Of a stretch of 64,000 bases of DNA, positions 19,956 to 30,288 are shown piece after piece. A program made the position numbers and the translations under genes. The stretch is from Candidatus Latescibacterota bacterium (GTDB lineage Bacteria > Latescibacterota > UBA2968 > UBA8231), in assembly GCA_965243025.1 (NCBI GenBank), contig CBDETY010000003.1:3776001-3840000 (forward strand), given 5' to 3'. The notes beneath the pieces were generated by a model, which saw nothing but the letters and a program-made list of their open reading frames with translations, made no database searches and was not told where the DNA came from. Positions within the stretch are counted from its first letter, which is position 1; every line of letters starts with the position of its first letter.

Positions 19956-19992
19956 AAAGCCCCGGGGCGAACTGCCCCGGGGCTTTTTTTTT
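19956..19992 (+). terminator. Rho-independent terminator, possibly bidirectional
   Basis: AAAGCCCCGGGGC-GAACT-GCCCCGGGGCTTT followed by a T-run, between convergent genes. Confidence 0.9.
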
Positions 19993-20096
19993 GGCCGGGG
20001 ACCACGGCCGATGTCCTGTCCGCGGAAAATGGATTTGCGGGGATTCAGCCCGCGCAAGAACCCTCGACCCCCCGTTGAGGGAATGCAGCCTGCGGC

Positions 20097-22316
20097 TCAC
20101 CTTCCGGCCAGGCGCTTCCTTCCCGCCCAGTCGAGGACGCCGCGCACGACCTTCTCGGCATCGCGCTGGCGGAGCTGCTCGAAGCGCAGCGCCCAGGCGT
20201 GGTCGAGGTAGGCGAGATTGCGCAGCTCGACCAGGACCTTGACCGCCGCCGGGTTGTTGCGCAGCACCCTCAGGCCCTGCCCCCGCATGCGGGACCCGGC
20301 TCCGAGCGCCGGCAGCAGGGACTTGGCGAAGGTTCGGGAGGCGGGGTCCCGGCGGCGGCCGTCGCGGCTCTCGTAGTAGAGCACCAGGGGCGCCCGCGGC
20401 GATTTCTTGTCTATGTCGGCGTGGAAGGACAGGAAGATGCGCCGCGATTTCGGAGTGCCGGCGAACGCTTCCCGGGCGATGCGCACGCGGGCGTCGAGCC
20501 CCCTGCGGCTGCCGCGCGGCCACTGGTTGCGGGTGTTGGCCTTGTTGAGGGCGTAGCTGTTGTAGACCTCGTTCTTCTCGTTGACGAAGGTCTGCGACGG
20601 CGGCGCGCTGCCGCGGATCAGGTGGTTGGGACTCAGCAGCGTCATCGTCACCTTCGCTCCGTGCAGGCGCAGCAGCACGTAGGCGCGCAGGGCGATGTCG
20701 TGGACGTACTCGTCCTCGACGACGTACAGCTTGCTGCCCTTGCCGTCGGTGGTTTTCACCACCGCCCCGGGATCGAGGCCGCCGTGGCCGGGATCGAGGA
20801 CGATGTTCCAGCCTTCGAGCCGGTTGCTGAGGCGGCCGGCGCGGCCGACGGCGCGCTCGAACTGCTTCCACAGCTTGCTCGCCTTCCGGTAGGTCTTGAG
20901 CGGCGACGCCGGGTGGCCCTCGTAGTATTCGCGGCCCCGCTGCCGGTTCGCCTTGGGACGCCGTCCGAAGTACGGCCCGTTTCCGACATCGATGCGGCGC
21001 ACCCCCCTGGGCGCAACCTGCAGATCCGCCCAGTCGAAGTCGGCGAGCTCCAGCCGTTCGCGGCGGGCAACCAGCGGCCGGACTTTCAGCCGCTGTCCCG
21101 GGTGGATGACCGAGCTTCTCAGGTTGTTTATCCGCTTCAGCTCCGACACGCTCATCTGGTGCAGGCGGGCGATCTCGGTGAGGTTGTCCCCCCCTATTAC
21201 CATGTAGGTGCCGAGGCGGCCCGATTTCTCCGGGCTGAGCGCGAGCTCCTGGCCGGGGTATATGCGGTTGGAGGTCAGCCCGTTCAGCTTCTTCAGCTCG
21301 GCCACGCTCATCGAGTAGGCGCGGGCGATCTCCCACAGGGCGTCGCCGCGCTCGACAATGTGCCTCGCCGACGGGGTGGCGCGCAGGCGCAGCTTCTGGC
21401 CCGCCAGGATGCGGTCCCCCTCGATTCCGTTGAGATCCTTGAGGACGGAGAGGGCGATTCCGTAGCGGCGGCCGATGCCGGTCAGGTTTTCGCCGCGGCG
21501 GACGATGTGGATGCCCTCGTCGACGGCGGAGGCGCGCAGGCGCAGCTTCTGCCCGGGGCGGATGCGGTCGGACTTCAGGCCGTTGAGCTGCTTGAGGAAG
21601 CCGACCGCGACGTCGAAGCGGCGGGCGATTTTCGACAGCGAATCCCCCCTGCGCACGACGTACTCGGTCACCTCCTCCGGGTCGCTTTCGGCCGCCCGCA
21701 GGCGCAGCCGCTGTCCTGCTCCTATGCGATCCCCGCGCAGGTTGTTCAGCTTGCGGAGCTCCCGCGCCGGAACGCCGCTGGCAGCGGCGATTTCCGACAG
21801 CGTGTCCCCCCTCCTGACGATGTAGATCCCGGATGGGGCCGGTCCCAGGCGCAGTTTCTGGCCGGGGTGGATGACCGAGCCGTCGAGCCTGTTGATACGC
21901 CTGAGCTCGCGGGGGGAGATCCCGAAACGCGCCGCTATTCTGGTTAGATTGTCGCCGCGGCGGACCACGTACCACTCTGCCGCCGGCTTCTTGCGGACGG
22001 TGAGTTTCTGGCCGACCAGGATGCGGTCTCCCTTCAGACCGCTCCAGCGGCGCAGATCCTTCACCGAAACCCCGTAGTGACGGGCGATGTCTCCCAGGGT
22101 TTCGCCGCGGCGGACGGTGTGCTGCCGGGTTTCCGTGGAGCGGGCGCCGTCGACAGGAGCGGTGCAGATCAGGACCGCGACGGCGTAGCCCAAAAGGGAC
22201 AGCCGTGACGATACCTTTCCGGTGGACGGAAAAAGGATCTTCAAGCGGAAACGTCCGGTGGTTGCGGACGGGGAGCGGAGGGGTGCCCGAACGGAAGAGG
22301 GGGAGTGTTCGGGCAT
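20097..22316 (-). CDS. N-acetylmuramoyl-L-alanine amidase (Amidase_3) with seven LysM domains
   Basis: Seven xVRRGD/ExL..IA...L..LN.L....I..GQxL repeats; IVLDPGHGG, VVEDE, LSFHAD, VLVELRN. Start uncertain. Confidence 0.9.
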   Translation of the reverse strand: MPEHSPSSVRAPLRSPSATTGRFRLKILFPSTGKVSSRLSLLGYAVAVLICTAPVDGARSTETRQHTVRRGETLGDIARHYGVSVKDLRRWSGLKGDRILVGQKLTVRKKPAAEWYVVRRGDNLTRIAARFGISPRELRRINRLDGSVIHPGQKLRLGPAPSGIYIVRRGDTLSEIAAASGVPARELRKLNNLRGDRIGAGQRLRLRAAESDPEEVTEYVVRRGDSLSKIARRFDVAVGFLKQLNGLKSDRIRPGQKLRLRASAVDEGIHIVRRGENLTGIGRRYGIALSVLKDLNGIEGDRILAGQKLRLRATPSARHIVERGDALWEIARAYSMSVAELKKLNGLTSNRIYPGQELALSPEKSGRLGTYMVIGGDNLTEIARLHQMSVSELKRINNLRSSVIHPGQRLKVRPLVARRERLELADFDWADLQVAPRGVRRIDVGNGPYFGRRPKANRQRGREYYEGHPASPLKTYRKASKLWKQFERAVGRAGRLSNRLEGWNIVLDPGHGGLDPGAVVKTTDGKGSKLYVVEDEYVHDIALRAYVLLRLHGAKVTMTLLSPNHLIRGSAPPSQTFVNEKNEVYNSYALNKANTRNQWPRGSRRGLDARVRIAREAFAGTPKSRRIFLSFHADIDKKSPRAPLVLYYESRDGRRRDPASRTFAKSLLPALGAGSRMRGQGLRVLRNNPAAVKVLVELRNLAYLDHAWALRFEQLRQRDAEKVVRGVLDWAGRKRLAGR

Positions 22317-22383
22317 CGCTAAGTATAACCAGAACTTGAGGATAGCGCAAAAAGAAAAGGAGTTGTATTATCCTTCAATTGCT

Positions 22384-23790
22384 ATGAACGACGCGTTGAA
22401 ATCCCTCCCTTCGGTCGACGAGGTGCTGCGGCTCGAGTCGACGCGCCGGCTGGTGAGCTCCCGCGACCGGGGCTACGTGGTCGAGGCGGTGCGCTCGGTG
22501 CTGGGCGGGGTTCGCCGCGAGCTGCTGAAAGCGGCCGGAAGCGAAGTTCCTTCCCGGGAAGAGCTGCTGGCGCGGGTGGAGGCCGAGGTCGCAGGGGCGG
22601 TGGGCGCCGGCGGGGAGGCGAGCCTGCACCGCGCCATCAATGCAACCGGCGTCATCCTGCACACCGGGCTGGGGCGGGCTCCCCTGCCCCCTGCGGCCCT
22701 GGCCGCGGTGATGGAGGTCGGGGAGAACTACTGCAATCTCGAAGTCGACCTGGAAACCGGTGAGCGGGGATCGCGGATCGCCCACGTCGAGCGGATGATC
22801 TGCGACGCCAGCGGCGCCGAAGCCGCGGTGGTGGTCAACAACAACGCCGCCGCCGTGCTGCTGCTGCTCAACAGTCTCGCCCGCGGCCGCGAGGTCATCG
22901 TCTCCCGGGGCGAGCTGGTCGAGATCGGGGGCGCTTTCCGCATGCCCGACATCGTCGCCGCCAGCGGGGCGCGCCTGCGCGAGGTCGGCACGACCAACCG
23001 GACCCATCCGGCCGACTACGAGAACGCCCTCGGCGAGCAGACCGGGGCCATCCTCGCGGTGCATCCGAGCAACTACCGCGTCAAGGGATTCACCGCCGCG
23101 GTCGGCCTGACCGAGCTGGCCGCCCTGGCGGAACGCTGCGGCGTGCCGCTGATCTACGATCTCGGCGGCGGCGTGCTGTTCGAGCTCGAGGACTGGGGCC
23201 TGCCGCCCGAACCGGTGGTCGCCTCCAGCCTGCGGTGCGGGGCCGGGGCCGTCACCTTCAGCGGCGACAAGCTGCTCGGCGGACCGCAGGCCGGGATCAT
23301 CGCCGGCAGGGGCGATCTCGTGCGGCAGGCGGCCGCGAACCCGCTGATGCGGGCCCTGCGCTGCGACAAGCTGACCCTCGCGGCGCTCGCCGCCACCCTG
23401 CGTCTCTACCGCCTCGACCCCTCCGGCCTGCGCGACGCCCATCCGGTGCTGCGGATGATGACCGAGGAGGTCGCCGCGGTGCGCGCCCGTGCGGAAAGCC
23501 TGGTCCGCGGGCTGTCGGACATGGCGCGCAGCCGGCTGCTGCCGACCGTGGAAGCGACCACCGCCGAATTCGGCAGCGGGGCCCTGCCCCTGGAAGAGCT
23601 TCCCAGCGCCGCGGTCTGCCTGCGCCCGACGTTCTGCAGCGCCGAGAGGCTCGCCCGCGCGCTGCGCACCGACCAGGCGGCCGTGGTCGGCCGCATTCGC
23701 AAGGAGGCCGTGCTGCTCGACATGCGCACGACCCGCGGCGACGAGGTTGCGGCCGTCGCCGACTGCCTCGAACGGGCCGCCGCCGGCTGA
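22384..23790 (+). CDS. selA: L-seryl-tRNA(Sec) selenium transferase
   Basis: LPSVD, INATGVILHTGLGRAPL, VNNNAAAV, SRGELVEIGGAFR, EVGTTNRT, PLP-lysine motif FSGDKLLGGPQAG. Confidence 0.97.
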   Translation: MNDALKSLPSVDEVLRLESTRRLVSSRDRGYVVEAVRSVLGGVRRELLKAAGSEVPSREELLARVEAEVAGAVGAGGEASLHRAINATGVILHTGLGRAPLPPAALAAVMEVGENYCNLEVDLETGERGSRIAHVERMICDASGAEAAVVVNNNAAAVLLLLNSLARGREVIVSRGELVEIGGAFRMPDIVAASGARLREVGTTNRTHPADYENALGEQTGAILAVHPSNYRVKGFTAAVGLTELAALAERCGVPLIYDLGGGVLFELEDWGLPPEPVVASSLRCGAGAVTFSGDKLLGGPQAGIIAGRGDLVRQAAANPLMRALRCDKLTLAALAATLRLYRLDPSGLRDAHPVLRMMTEEVAAVRARAESLVRGLSDMARSRLLPTVEATTAEFGSGALPLEELPSAAVCLRPTFCSAERLARALRTDQAAVVGRIRKEAVLLDMRTTRGDEVAAVADCLERAAAG

Positions 23791-23801
23791 CCCGGGCCGC
23801 C

Positions 23802-24233
23802 GTGACCCCCTTGATCGCGTTGTTGCTGCTGGCCCTGGCCGGTGCCGCCGGCTGCGGGGGAGACGGCGGGGAAGGAAACGGAGGTCCGCCTCCGGGCCCG
23901 GCCAACGGCGAGCCCGCCCCGGGCCGGATACTCCTGGAGAACTCGACCCCGTACGCGATTCAGGTCGCCTATCTCAACGAGGTCGACCCGGCCGATGCCC
24001 GGGTAATCCGCACCGAGGTCGACCCGGGAGAACGGTCGGACGTCGGCCTTGAAGAGCTGCCTGCCGGCTGGGCCGTGGTGCTCGATCTCGCGATCGTGCT
24101 GGCGGACCCGGAGGGGAACCGGGTGCGCCGCAAGGCGAACGTCACCGTCGACGGGGACGTGGTGGTGCGCGTGGAACTGAAGGATCCAGCCGACCCGTTC
24201 AGCGTGGAGATCGAGACGGTACCTTTGGAGTAA
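23802..24233 (+). CDS. Hypothetical lipoprotein
   Basis: Hydrophobic stretch plus lipobox-like AAGC, then a beta-rich domain. Confidence 0.65.
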   Translation: MTPLIALLLLALAGAAGCGGDGGEGNGGPPPGPANGEPAPGRILLENSTPYAIQVAYLNEVDPADARVIRTEVDPGERSDVGLEELPAGWAVVLDLAIVLADPEGNRVRRKANVTVDGDVVVRVELKDPADPFSVEIETVPLE

Positions 24234-24355
24234 GTGCTTCCCGCTGCACGAAAAATGGTGTCCTGACCGCTGCCCCGCGCCCCCGCGAACCTCCTGCCCG
24301 AAGCTCCGATACCGGTCTGTTGCCACTGTGCAGGCCGTATCCCAGTGTTGAGGAG

Positions 24356-26410
24356 ATGGCACTCATTCACCTGGGATTCCGGTCCGGTCTGCCGCGCTTG
24401 TTCGTCATGTTCGCCGCCGCAGCAGCAGCCGGGGCCGAACCGGAGGACTCCACCCGTTACGTCACCGCACTGCGCGTCGACAGGCCCCCCCGCATCGACG
24501 GCCATCTCTCCGAGCCGGCCTGGCGAAAGGCCGAGGCGGCCCGTGACTTCTTCCGCGCCGAGCAGACCCGCGGCATCCCGGCCCGGCTCCACACCGAGGC
24601 TTTCGTCCTCTACGACGCGGCGGCGGTCTACGTCGGCTTCCGCTGCCGGGAACCGGACATGGCCGGCTTGCGCGAAACGCTGACGCGGCGCGACACCCGG
24701 GTCTGGCACGACGACGCCGTCGAAGTGGTGTTCGACACCTTCCACGACCGCCGCAACGCCTACATCTTCGGCATCAACACACTCGGGACGCAGATGGACC
24801 AGCGACTCAGCAACGAAAGCTCCTTCAACTTCGCCTGGGACGCGTCGTGGGAGGCGAAGGTGCACAAGCAGGAGGACCACTGGACCGCGGAGTTCGCCAT
24901 CCCCCTCGCCGCCCTGCAGTACGACGACGGGATCACCACCTGGGGGGTGAACTTCTGGCGCGCCCACCCCATCGACCAGGAAGCCTATTCCTGGTCGGAC
25001 ACCGGCGGCGCTTTCGGCCGCGTCTCCGAGTTCGGCGAGCTGCGGGGGCTGCAGCTGGGCGCGGCCCCGGGAAGGATCGGGCAGGTCGACATCCTGCCGT
25101 ACGCCAGCTACCGCGCCCTCGAAGGCCGCCCCGACGACGGGGATGCCGGCATCGACCTGATCTACCGTCCGTCGGCCGGCATGATCGGCAACCTGACGCT
25201 GTTTCCCGACTTCTCGCAGCTGGAGAGCGACCCGACGCTGATCAACGTCAACGACGACCGCGAGCTTTCCCTGCCGGAACGCCGGCCCTTCTTCCGCGAC
25301 GGGGCCGAGCTGTTCGATCTTCCCCTGCGCCTGTTCTACACCCGCCGCGTGCAGGAAATCGATCTCGGGATCAAAGGCACGGGGAAGAGCGGCAGCTACA
25401 CCTGGGCGGCCCTGAACACGTACGGCAGCATCATCGACCGCTACGACGGGGGCGCCAAACGCCGCGCCAACCTCCTCAACCTGCGGCTCAACCGCGACGT
25501 CGGCGAGCGCGCCGTCATCGGCGCCATGGCGGTTAACAAGAACCAGGACGACCGCGACTACGGCCTGCTGTCCCTGAACGGCCGCCTCGGCCTCGGGCGC
25601 GACTGGACCGCCACGGGGCAGTTCGCCGGCAGCTCCACGGGGGGCAGTCCCGGTTACGCCTACCACGCCTCGACGGCCTGGCGGAACCAGTCCGGGCTGA
25701 GCGGCCTCGTCGAACTCGAGGGGATCGGAGACCGCTTCCGGCCGAACGAAACCGGCCTCGAAGACGAGGCCTACCGCCGCGCCCGGGGCGCCCTGACCTT
25801 CCGCAACGAGTATTCCGAGGGCAGCAGGCTCCACGCCCTGATGCTGCGCGGGAGGCTGTTCCGGCAGACCGACCCGGGCGGGCGGCTGCGCGAGCAGTAC
25901 GCGCAGGCCGAAGGATCGTTCGACGCCGGCCGGTTCGATTTCCATTCGCTCGTCCGCACGGGGCAGTTGCGCGAATCCGGACGGCTGTGGAAGACGCGGT
26001 TCGCCGGGGCCGGAATCGAATACGGGTCGACGAGCGGTTCCGCGGGGCTCTACAACCAGGTCGGCAGCCGCCAGGGCGCCTTCAACTGGCTCGTCAGCCT
26101 CGACGCCGACGCCAACCTGTTCAGCCGTCTGACGATCGGCCTCAGGGCGCTTCGTTTGCACTGGAGCGGCCGCCGGAAAACGCTGGTCCTGCGCGCGACG
26201 ACGAACTACCAGTTCACCCGCAAGGTGGGCCTGCGGCTGTTCCACGAGCGCGTGATCGAGCGCACCCCGGGCACGACGGAGGACAACTTCAACACGGTTT
26301 TCGACTATGAGTTCACCCCGGAGAGCCATTTCTTTCTCGTCTTCGTTCGCGACCCGGATCGCAGCAGGGCGGTCTTCAGCAAGATCGCCTACCTGTTCGG
26401 CCGGGCCTGA
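24356..26410 (+). CDS. CBM9-like / DUF5916 outer-membrane protein
   Basis: PRIDGHLSEPAW, WTAEFAIP, PDFSQLESD, ERRPFF, LFYTRR; C-terminal KIAYLF. Confidence 0.85.
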   Translation: MALIHLGFRSGLPRLFVMFAAAAAAGAEPEDSTRYVTALRVDRPPRIDGHLSEPAWRKAEAARDFFRAEQTRGIPARLHTEAFVLYDAAAVYVGFRCREPDMAGLRETLTRRDTRVWHDDAVEVVFDTFHDRRNAYIFGINTLGTQMDQRLSNESSFNFAWDASWEAKVHKQEDHWTAEFAIPLAALQYDDGITTWGVNFWRAHPIDQEAYSWSDTGGAFGRVSEFGELRGLQLGAAPGRIGQVDILPYASYRALEGRPDDGDAGIDLIYRPSAGMIGNLTLFPDFSQLESDPTLINVNDDRELSLPERRPFFRDGAELFDLPLRLFYTRRVQEIDLGIKGTGKSGSYTWAALNTYGSIIDRYDGGAKRRANLLNLRLNRDVGERAVIGAMAVNKNQDDRDYGLLSLNGRLGLGRDWTATGQFAGSSTGGSPGYAYHASTAWRNQSGLSGLVELEGIGDRFRPNETGLEDEAYRRARGALTFRNEYSEGSRLHALMLRGRLFRQTDPGGRLREQYAQAEGSFDAGRFDFHSLVRTGQLRESGRLWKTRFAGAGIEYGSTSGSAGLYNQVGSRQGAFNWLVSLDADANLFSRLTIGLRALRLHWSGRRKTLVLRATTNYQFTRKVGLRLFHERVIERTPGTTEDNFNTVFDYEFTPESHFFLVFVRDPDRSRAVFSKIAYLFGRA

Positions 26411-26421
26411 ACGGCGTCTTC

Positions 26422-27906
26422 ATGGGAAGCACCCCAGTCAAACGACACCGCATGTACCGGGGAAGTAGCGGAAAGAGTTTGCAGCGCCGCCCCGGACGGT
26501 CTCCCCGGGCGGCCGCCATCGCCGGGGCGGTCCTGATCGCCTGCCTCCCCTCCTGCCAGGACGGCGGGCGCGGGCAACCGGACCCTCCGGCTGTCCCGGA
26601 CATCCCTCTCGACCCCGAGGTAGCCGCGGCGGTCGAAGGGGCTCGCGCGGAAGTCGATACCAACCGTGGGGATCCCGCCGCCTGGATGCGGCTCGGCATG
26701 ACCTTCGCGGCGAACGAGCTGCCGCAGCAGGCCGCGGCGACCTTCGAGACCGCGGCCCGGCTCGCCCCCGACGATCCCGGGGCATGGTACCATCTCGGTC
26801 TGGCGCGCGCCCGGGCCGGGGCGCTGGCGGGCGGCATCGAGGCGCTGGTCCGGGCCGGCGGCCTCGACAGCACCTACGCTCCGATCGCCTGGCGCCGCGG
26901 TTTCTGGCGCCTCGAGACAGGGGACCTCGAGGGAGCCGGGGAGGACTTCCGCCGCGCCCGCGGGCTCGACCCGGAGGACGTGGCCGGGACCACCGGGCTG
27001 GCGCGGCTGGCGCTGCAGCGGGGGGAGGCCGACACCGCGGCCGCCCTGCTCGAAAGCCTCGTCGAGCGCCAGCCGCGGGAGCCGTACTACCATCAGCTAC
27101 TCGGCAGGGCGTACCTGGCGCTCGGCCGGGACCAGGATGCAGAGGCCGCCTTCCGCCGCGGGCAGGGGGGCTCCATGCCGCGCTTCGAAGACCCCTGGGA
27201 GCGCGAGATGGAGCAGTTCGCCGCCGGGTTCGCCGGCCGCCGCGACCGCGCCCTGGCGGCGTTCGCCGGGGGCCGGCTGCCGGACGCCATCGAGAAGCTG
27301 CGCGCCCTGCTGGAGGAGCGGCCGGGAGACGGCTCCCTGAGCTACGCCCTCGCGGTCGCCTGCATGAGCAGCGGGCAGCCGCGGGAAGCGGTGCGCGTGC
27401 TCGAGGCGGCCGCGGCGCTCAACCCGGGGCACAACCTCCTGCAGGTGGCCCTCTCCGACGCCTACCGCCAGTCCGGGGATCTCGAGCGCGCCCTTGCGCA
27501 CGCCGACCGGGCGGTCGAGCTCAACCCCTCGTTCATGACCCACTTCCGGCGCGCCGGCGTCCTCGAAGCGCTCGGCCGCACCCGGGAGGCCCTCGACGCC
27601 GGAGCCCTTGCCCTGTCCCGCGACCCGGAAAACCTGGGGGGACTGCAGTGGCTCGCAGGGGTCCGGATGAAGGCCGGAGAACTCGACGCCGCCGCCGAAA
27701 CCTGGGCCCGCCTCGCGGAGTTGGAGCCCGCCCAACCGGGGTACTGGCTGGGGCTCGGACGCGCCCGCCTCGGGCTGGGCGAACTGGAGGAAGCCCGGGA
27801 AGCGCTGCGGGAGGCGGAGCGCCTGGCCCCCCGGGGCTGGAAGCCGGCTCGGCGGCTGCGGGCCGAGCTGGAGAAAACGGAGGCAGGTGCAAATAGTGGC
27901 GATTGA
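26422..27906 (+). CDS. Tetratricopeptide repeat (lipo)protein
   Basis: Repeated A..LG...G..A...F..A..L.P helical units. Confidence 0.85.
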   Translation: MGSTPVKRHRMYRGSSGKSLQRRPGRSPRAAAIAGAVLIACLPSCQDGGRGQPDPPAVPDIPLDPEVAAAVEGARAEVDTNRGDPAAWMRLGMTFAANELPQQAAATFETAARLAPDDPGAWYHLGLARARAGALAGGIEALVRAGGLDSTYAPIAWRRGFWRLETGDLEGAGEDFRRARGLDPEDVAGTTGLARLALQRGEADTAAALLESLVERQPREPYYHQLLGRAYLALGRDQDAEAAFRRGQGGSMPRFEDPWEREMEQFAAGFAGRRDRALAAFAGGRLPDAIEKLRALLEERPGDGSLSYALAVACMSSGQPREAVRVLEAAAALNPGHNLLQVALSDAYRQSGDLERALAHADRAVELNPSFMTHFRRAGVLEALGRTREALDAGALALSRDPENLGGLQWLAGVRMKAGELDAAAETWARLAELEPAQPGYWLGLGRARLGLGELEEAREALREAERLAPRGWKPARRLRAELEKTEAGANSGD

Positions 27907-28266
27907 GATGGAGAAACAGGGGACCTTCCGCGCTGGCCGGCGGCGCGGAGGCTGCGTGGCCGGGCCGGGGAAACCGGAATCCGCGGCAGGAATGACGGAT
28001 GAGATGAAACCCCGCCGGCCGCCCCCCCGCGGCTGGAGGCCCGAGCACAGGTTCAGCCGCCCGCGGAAACAGACTCTCCGCGGCGGGGGCTTGCCTCTGC
28101 GGTCCAATACCGCGGCTCGCAGCCGCGCTCTCAGTATCGGCAACCCTTCTTGCAGGCTGCGGAACGAGCCGCCAAAGCTGGAGCGGTTGGCATTGACGGC
28201 GGTTGAAACGAGAAGGCCAGGGTGGCGACTCCCGGATGGAAGCCTGCCCGCAGGCTCAGCAGCCCG

Positions 28267-30012
28267 ATGAAACGGACCGTCCGGACAGCCGCCGGCCCCT
28301 GCGGTCGGATACCGCGGCTCGCAGCCGTCCTCGCGATATCGGCAATCCTGCTGCCCGGCTGCGGGAAGGAGACGCAAGACGCGGGGGACGCTCCGGGTGT
28401 CCAGGGTGGTACCGGGCCGGGAGGCCTCTCCTCCTCCGCTTCCCCAAGTGTCTGGTTCGAGGAGGTGGCTGCCGAGCGCGGCCTCGACTTCCGGCACGCC
28501 GCCGGGCGGGACGGGCAGAAGTGGCTGCCGCAGATCATGGGGGGCGGCGCCGCCCTGGTCGACGCCGACGGGGACGGCGACCTCGACGCCTACCTCGTTC
28601 AGAGCGGCCGCCTCACCGCCCCCGCCGCGGAGCAGCCGCCCAACCGGCTCTACCGCAACCGCGGCGGCGGTTACTTCGAAGCGGCCCCGGGATCCGGGGC
28701 GGAGGCCCCCGGCTACGGCATGGGGGTGGCCGCCGGCGACGTCGACAACGACAGCGACGTCGACCTCTACGTCACCAACCTCGGGGAGAACGCTCTGCTG
28801 CGGAACCTCGGCGGCGGCCGCTTCGAGGACGCCACCGAAGGGTCCGGCCTCGGGGACCCGGGATGGGGGGCTTCGGCCGCCTTCTTCGACTACGACCGTG
28901 ACGGCGACCTCGACCTCGTGCTGGTCAACTACCTGCGCTGGCGCCCCGACTCGGAGATCGACTGCGTCAACTCCCTCGGCCTGCCGGAGTTCTGCGGCCC
29001 CCAGAGCTACGCGGCGCCGACTCCCGACCGGCTCTACCGCAACGACGGCGGCGCCTTCACCGACGTCAGCGCCGCGGCCGGTTTCGAGGCGGTGGCCGGC
29101 AACGGCCTCGGCGTCGCCTGCGCCGACTTCGACGGCGACGGCCTGCAGGACGTCTTCGTCGCCAACGACCAGACCATGGACCGGCTGTGGCTCAACCGCG
29201 GGGAGCGCTTCGAGGAGAGCGGCATGATGGCCGGCTGCGCCGTCGACGCCGACGGCAAGCCGAAGGCCGGCATGGGGATCGCCGTCGGGGACGTCGACGA
29301 CGACGGCGACCCCGACCTCGCGGTCTGCAACATGTACGACGAGACCGACTCCTACTTCCTCAACGAGGGCCGCTACTTCCGCGACGTCACCGCCGGGCGC
29401 GGGCTGGCGGCCAGCCGCCGCTTCACCCGCTTCGGCATGGGCTGGCTCGATTTCGACAACGACGGCTGGCTCGACCTGTACGAGGCGAACGGCAAGGTCG
29501 AGGTGCGCGAGAGGCGCTACGGCGACGACCCGTACGCCGAACCGAACCTGCTGTTCAAGGGAAGCCCGGGGGGGTTTTTCACGGAGGCCGAGCCGCGCGG
29601 CGGGACCGCGGAGCCGCTGGTTTTCACCAGCCGCGCCGCCGCCTTCGGCGACGTCGACGGGGACGGCGGCGTCGACATCCTGGTGGCCAACTGCGACGGG
29701 CCGGCGCATCTGCTGCACAACACCGCCTCTCCGCGCGGCAGCTGGATCTCCTTCCGGGTCGTTCTCGAGAACGGCCGCGACGCCATCGGCGCCTCGGTGA
29801 GCCTGCGCGCCGGGGAGCGCCGGCTCCACCGCGACGTGCGCTCCGCCTACAGCTACCTGGCCAGCAGCGACCCGAAGGTGCACTTCGGGCTGGGTGAGGA
29901 GACGCGGGTTTGGGACGTGGCCGTGCGCTGGCCGGACGGAAGCAGCGAGCGCTTCGGCGAGTTCGCCGCCGGGGCGGTGGTGGAGCTCAGGCGCGGAACC
30001 GGGGCGGAGTGA
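28267..30012 (+). CDS. CRTAC1/ASPIC-UnbV family FG-GAP repeat protein
   Basis: Multiple DxDxDGDxDL repeats, LYRN motifs, C-terminal SYLASSDPKVHFGLG...VRWPDG; lipobox-like LPGC. Confidence 0.9.
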   Translation: MKRTVRTAAGPCGRIPRLAAVLAISAILLPGCGKETQDAGDAPGVQGGTGPGGLSSSASPSVWFEEVAAERGLDFRHAAGRDGQKWLPQIMGGGAALVDADGDGDLDAYLVQSGRLTAPAAEQPPNRLYRNRGGGYFEAAPGSGAEAPGYGMGVAAGDVDNDSDVDLYVTNLGENALLRNLGGGRFEDATEGSGLGDPGWGASAAFFDYDRDGDLDLVLVNYLRWRPDSEIDCVNSLGLPEFCGPQSYAAPTPDRLYRNDGGAFTDVSAAAGFEAVAGNGLGVACADFDGDGLQDVFVANDQTMDRLWLNRGERFEESGMMAGCAVDADGKPKAGMGIAVGDVDDDGDPDLAVCNMYDETDSYFLNEGRYFRDVTAGRGLAASRRFTRFGMGWLDFDNDGWLDLYEANGKVEVRERRYGDDPYAEPNLLFKGSPGGFFTEAEPRGGTAEPLVFTSRAAAFGDVDGDGGVDILVANCDGPAHLLHNTASPRGSWISFRVVLENGRDAIGASVSLRAGERRLHRDVRSAYSYLASSDPKVHFGLGEETRVWDVAVRWPDGSSERFGEFAAGAVVELRRGTGAE

Positions 30013-30288
30013 CGCGGTCGCCCTGTCTGCAGGTCCTGCACGCCGCTCCCGGGATAATCCGGTAACCCCGGAGCTGCCAGCCCCGCCGGGAGTGGGAACC
30101 TGCCCGGGGCGACGGACAATCGAAAAAAAGACAGCAGAAGGCTTGCGATTTCCGCGGGCTGCCTTTCGAAAGTTCCTTGACCCGATTCCATGACCTTGGA
30201 AAATCGAGCTCCTTAACCGTCGATTCCTGGTGGGCTCGTATTTGGGAATTAATCGACCCGAGACCGAATAAACTCGGAAGGGCGGAAA

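Noticed and set aside
22316-24356. tRNA-Sec (selC) or selB near selA
   Set aside because: No cloverleaf with a UCA anticodon or EF-Tu-like ORF is visible in the flanking sequence.
27907-28266. Possible ncRNA or small ORF in the TPR-CRTAC1 gap
   Set aside because: Only generic GC-rich hairpins and no recognisable motif; the ORF there looks non-coding.
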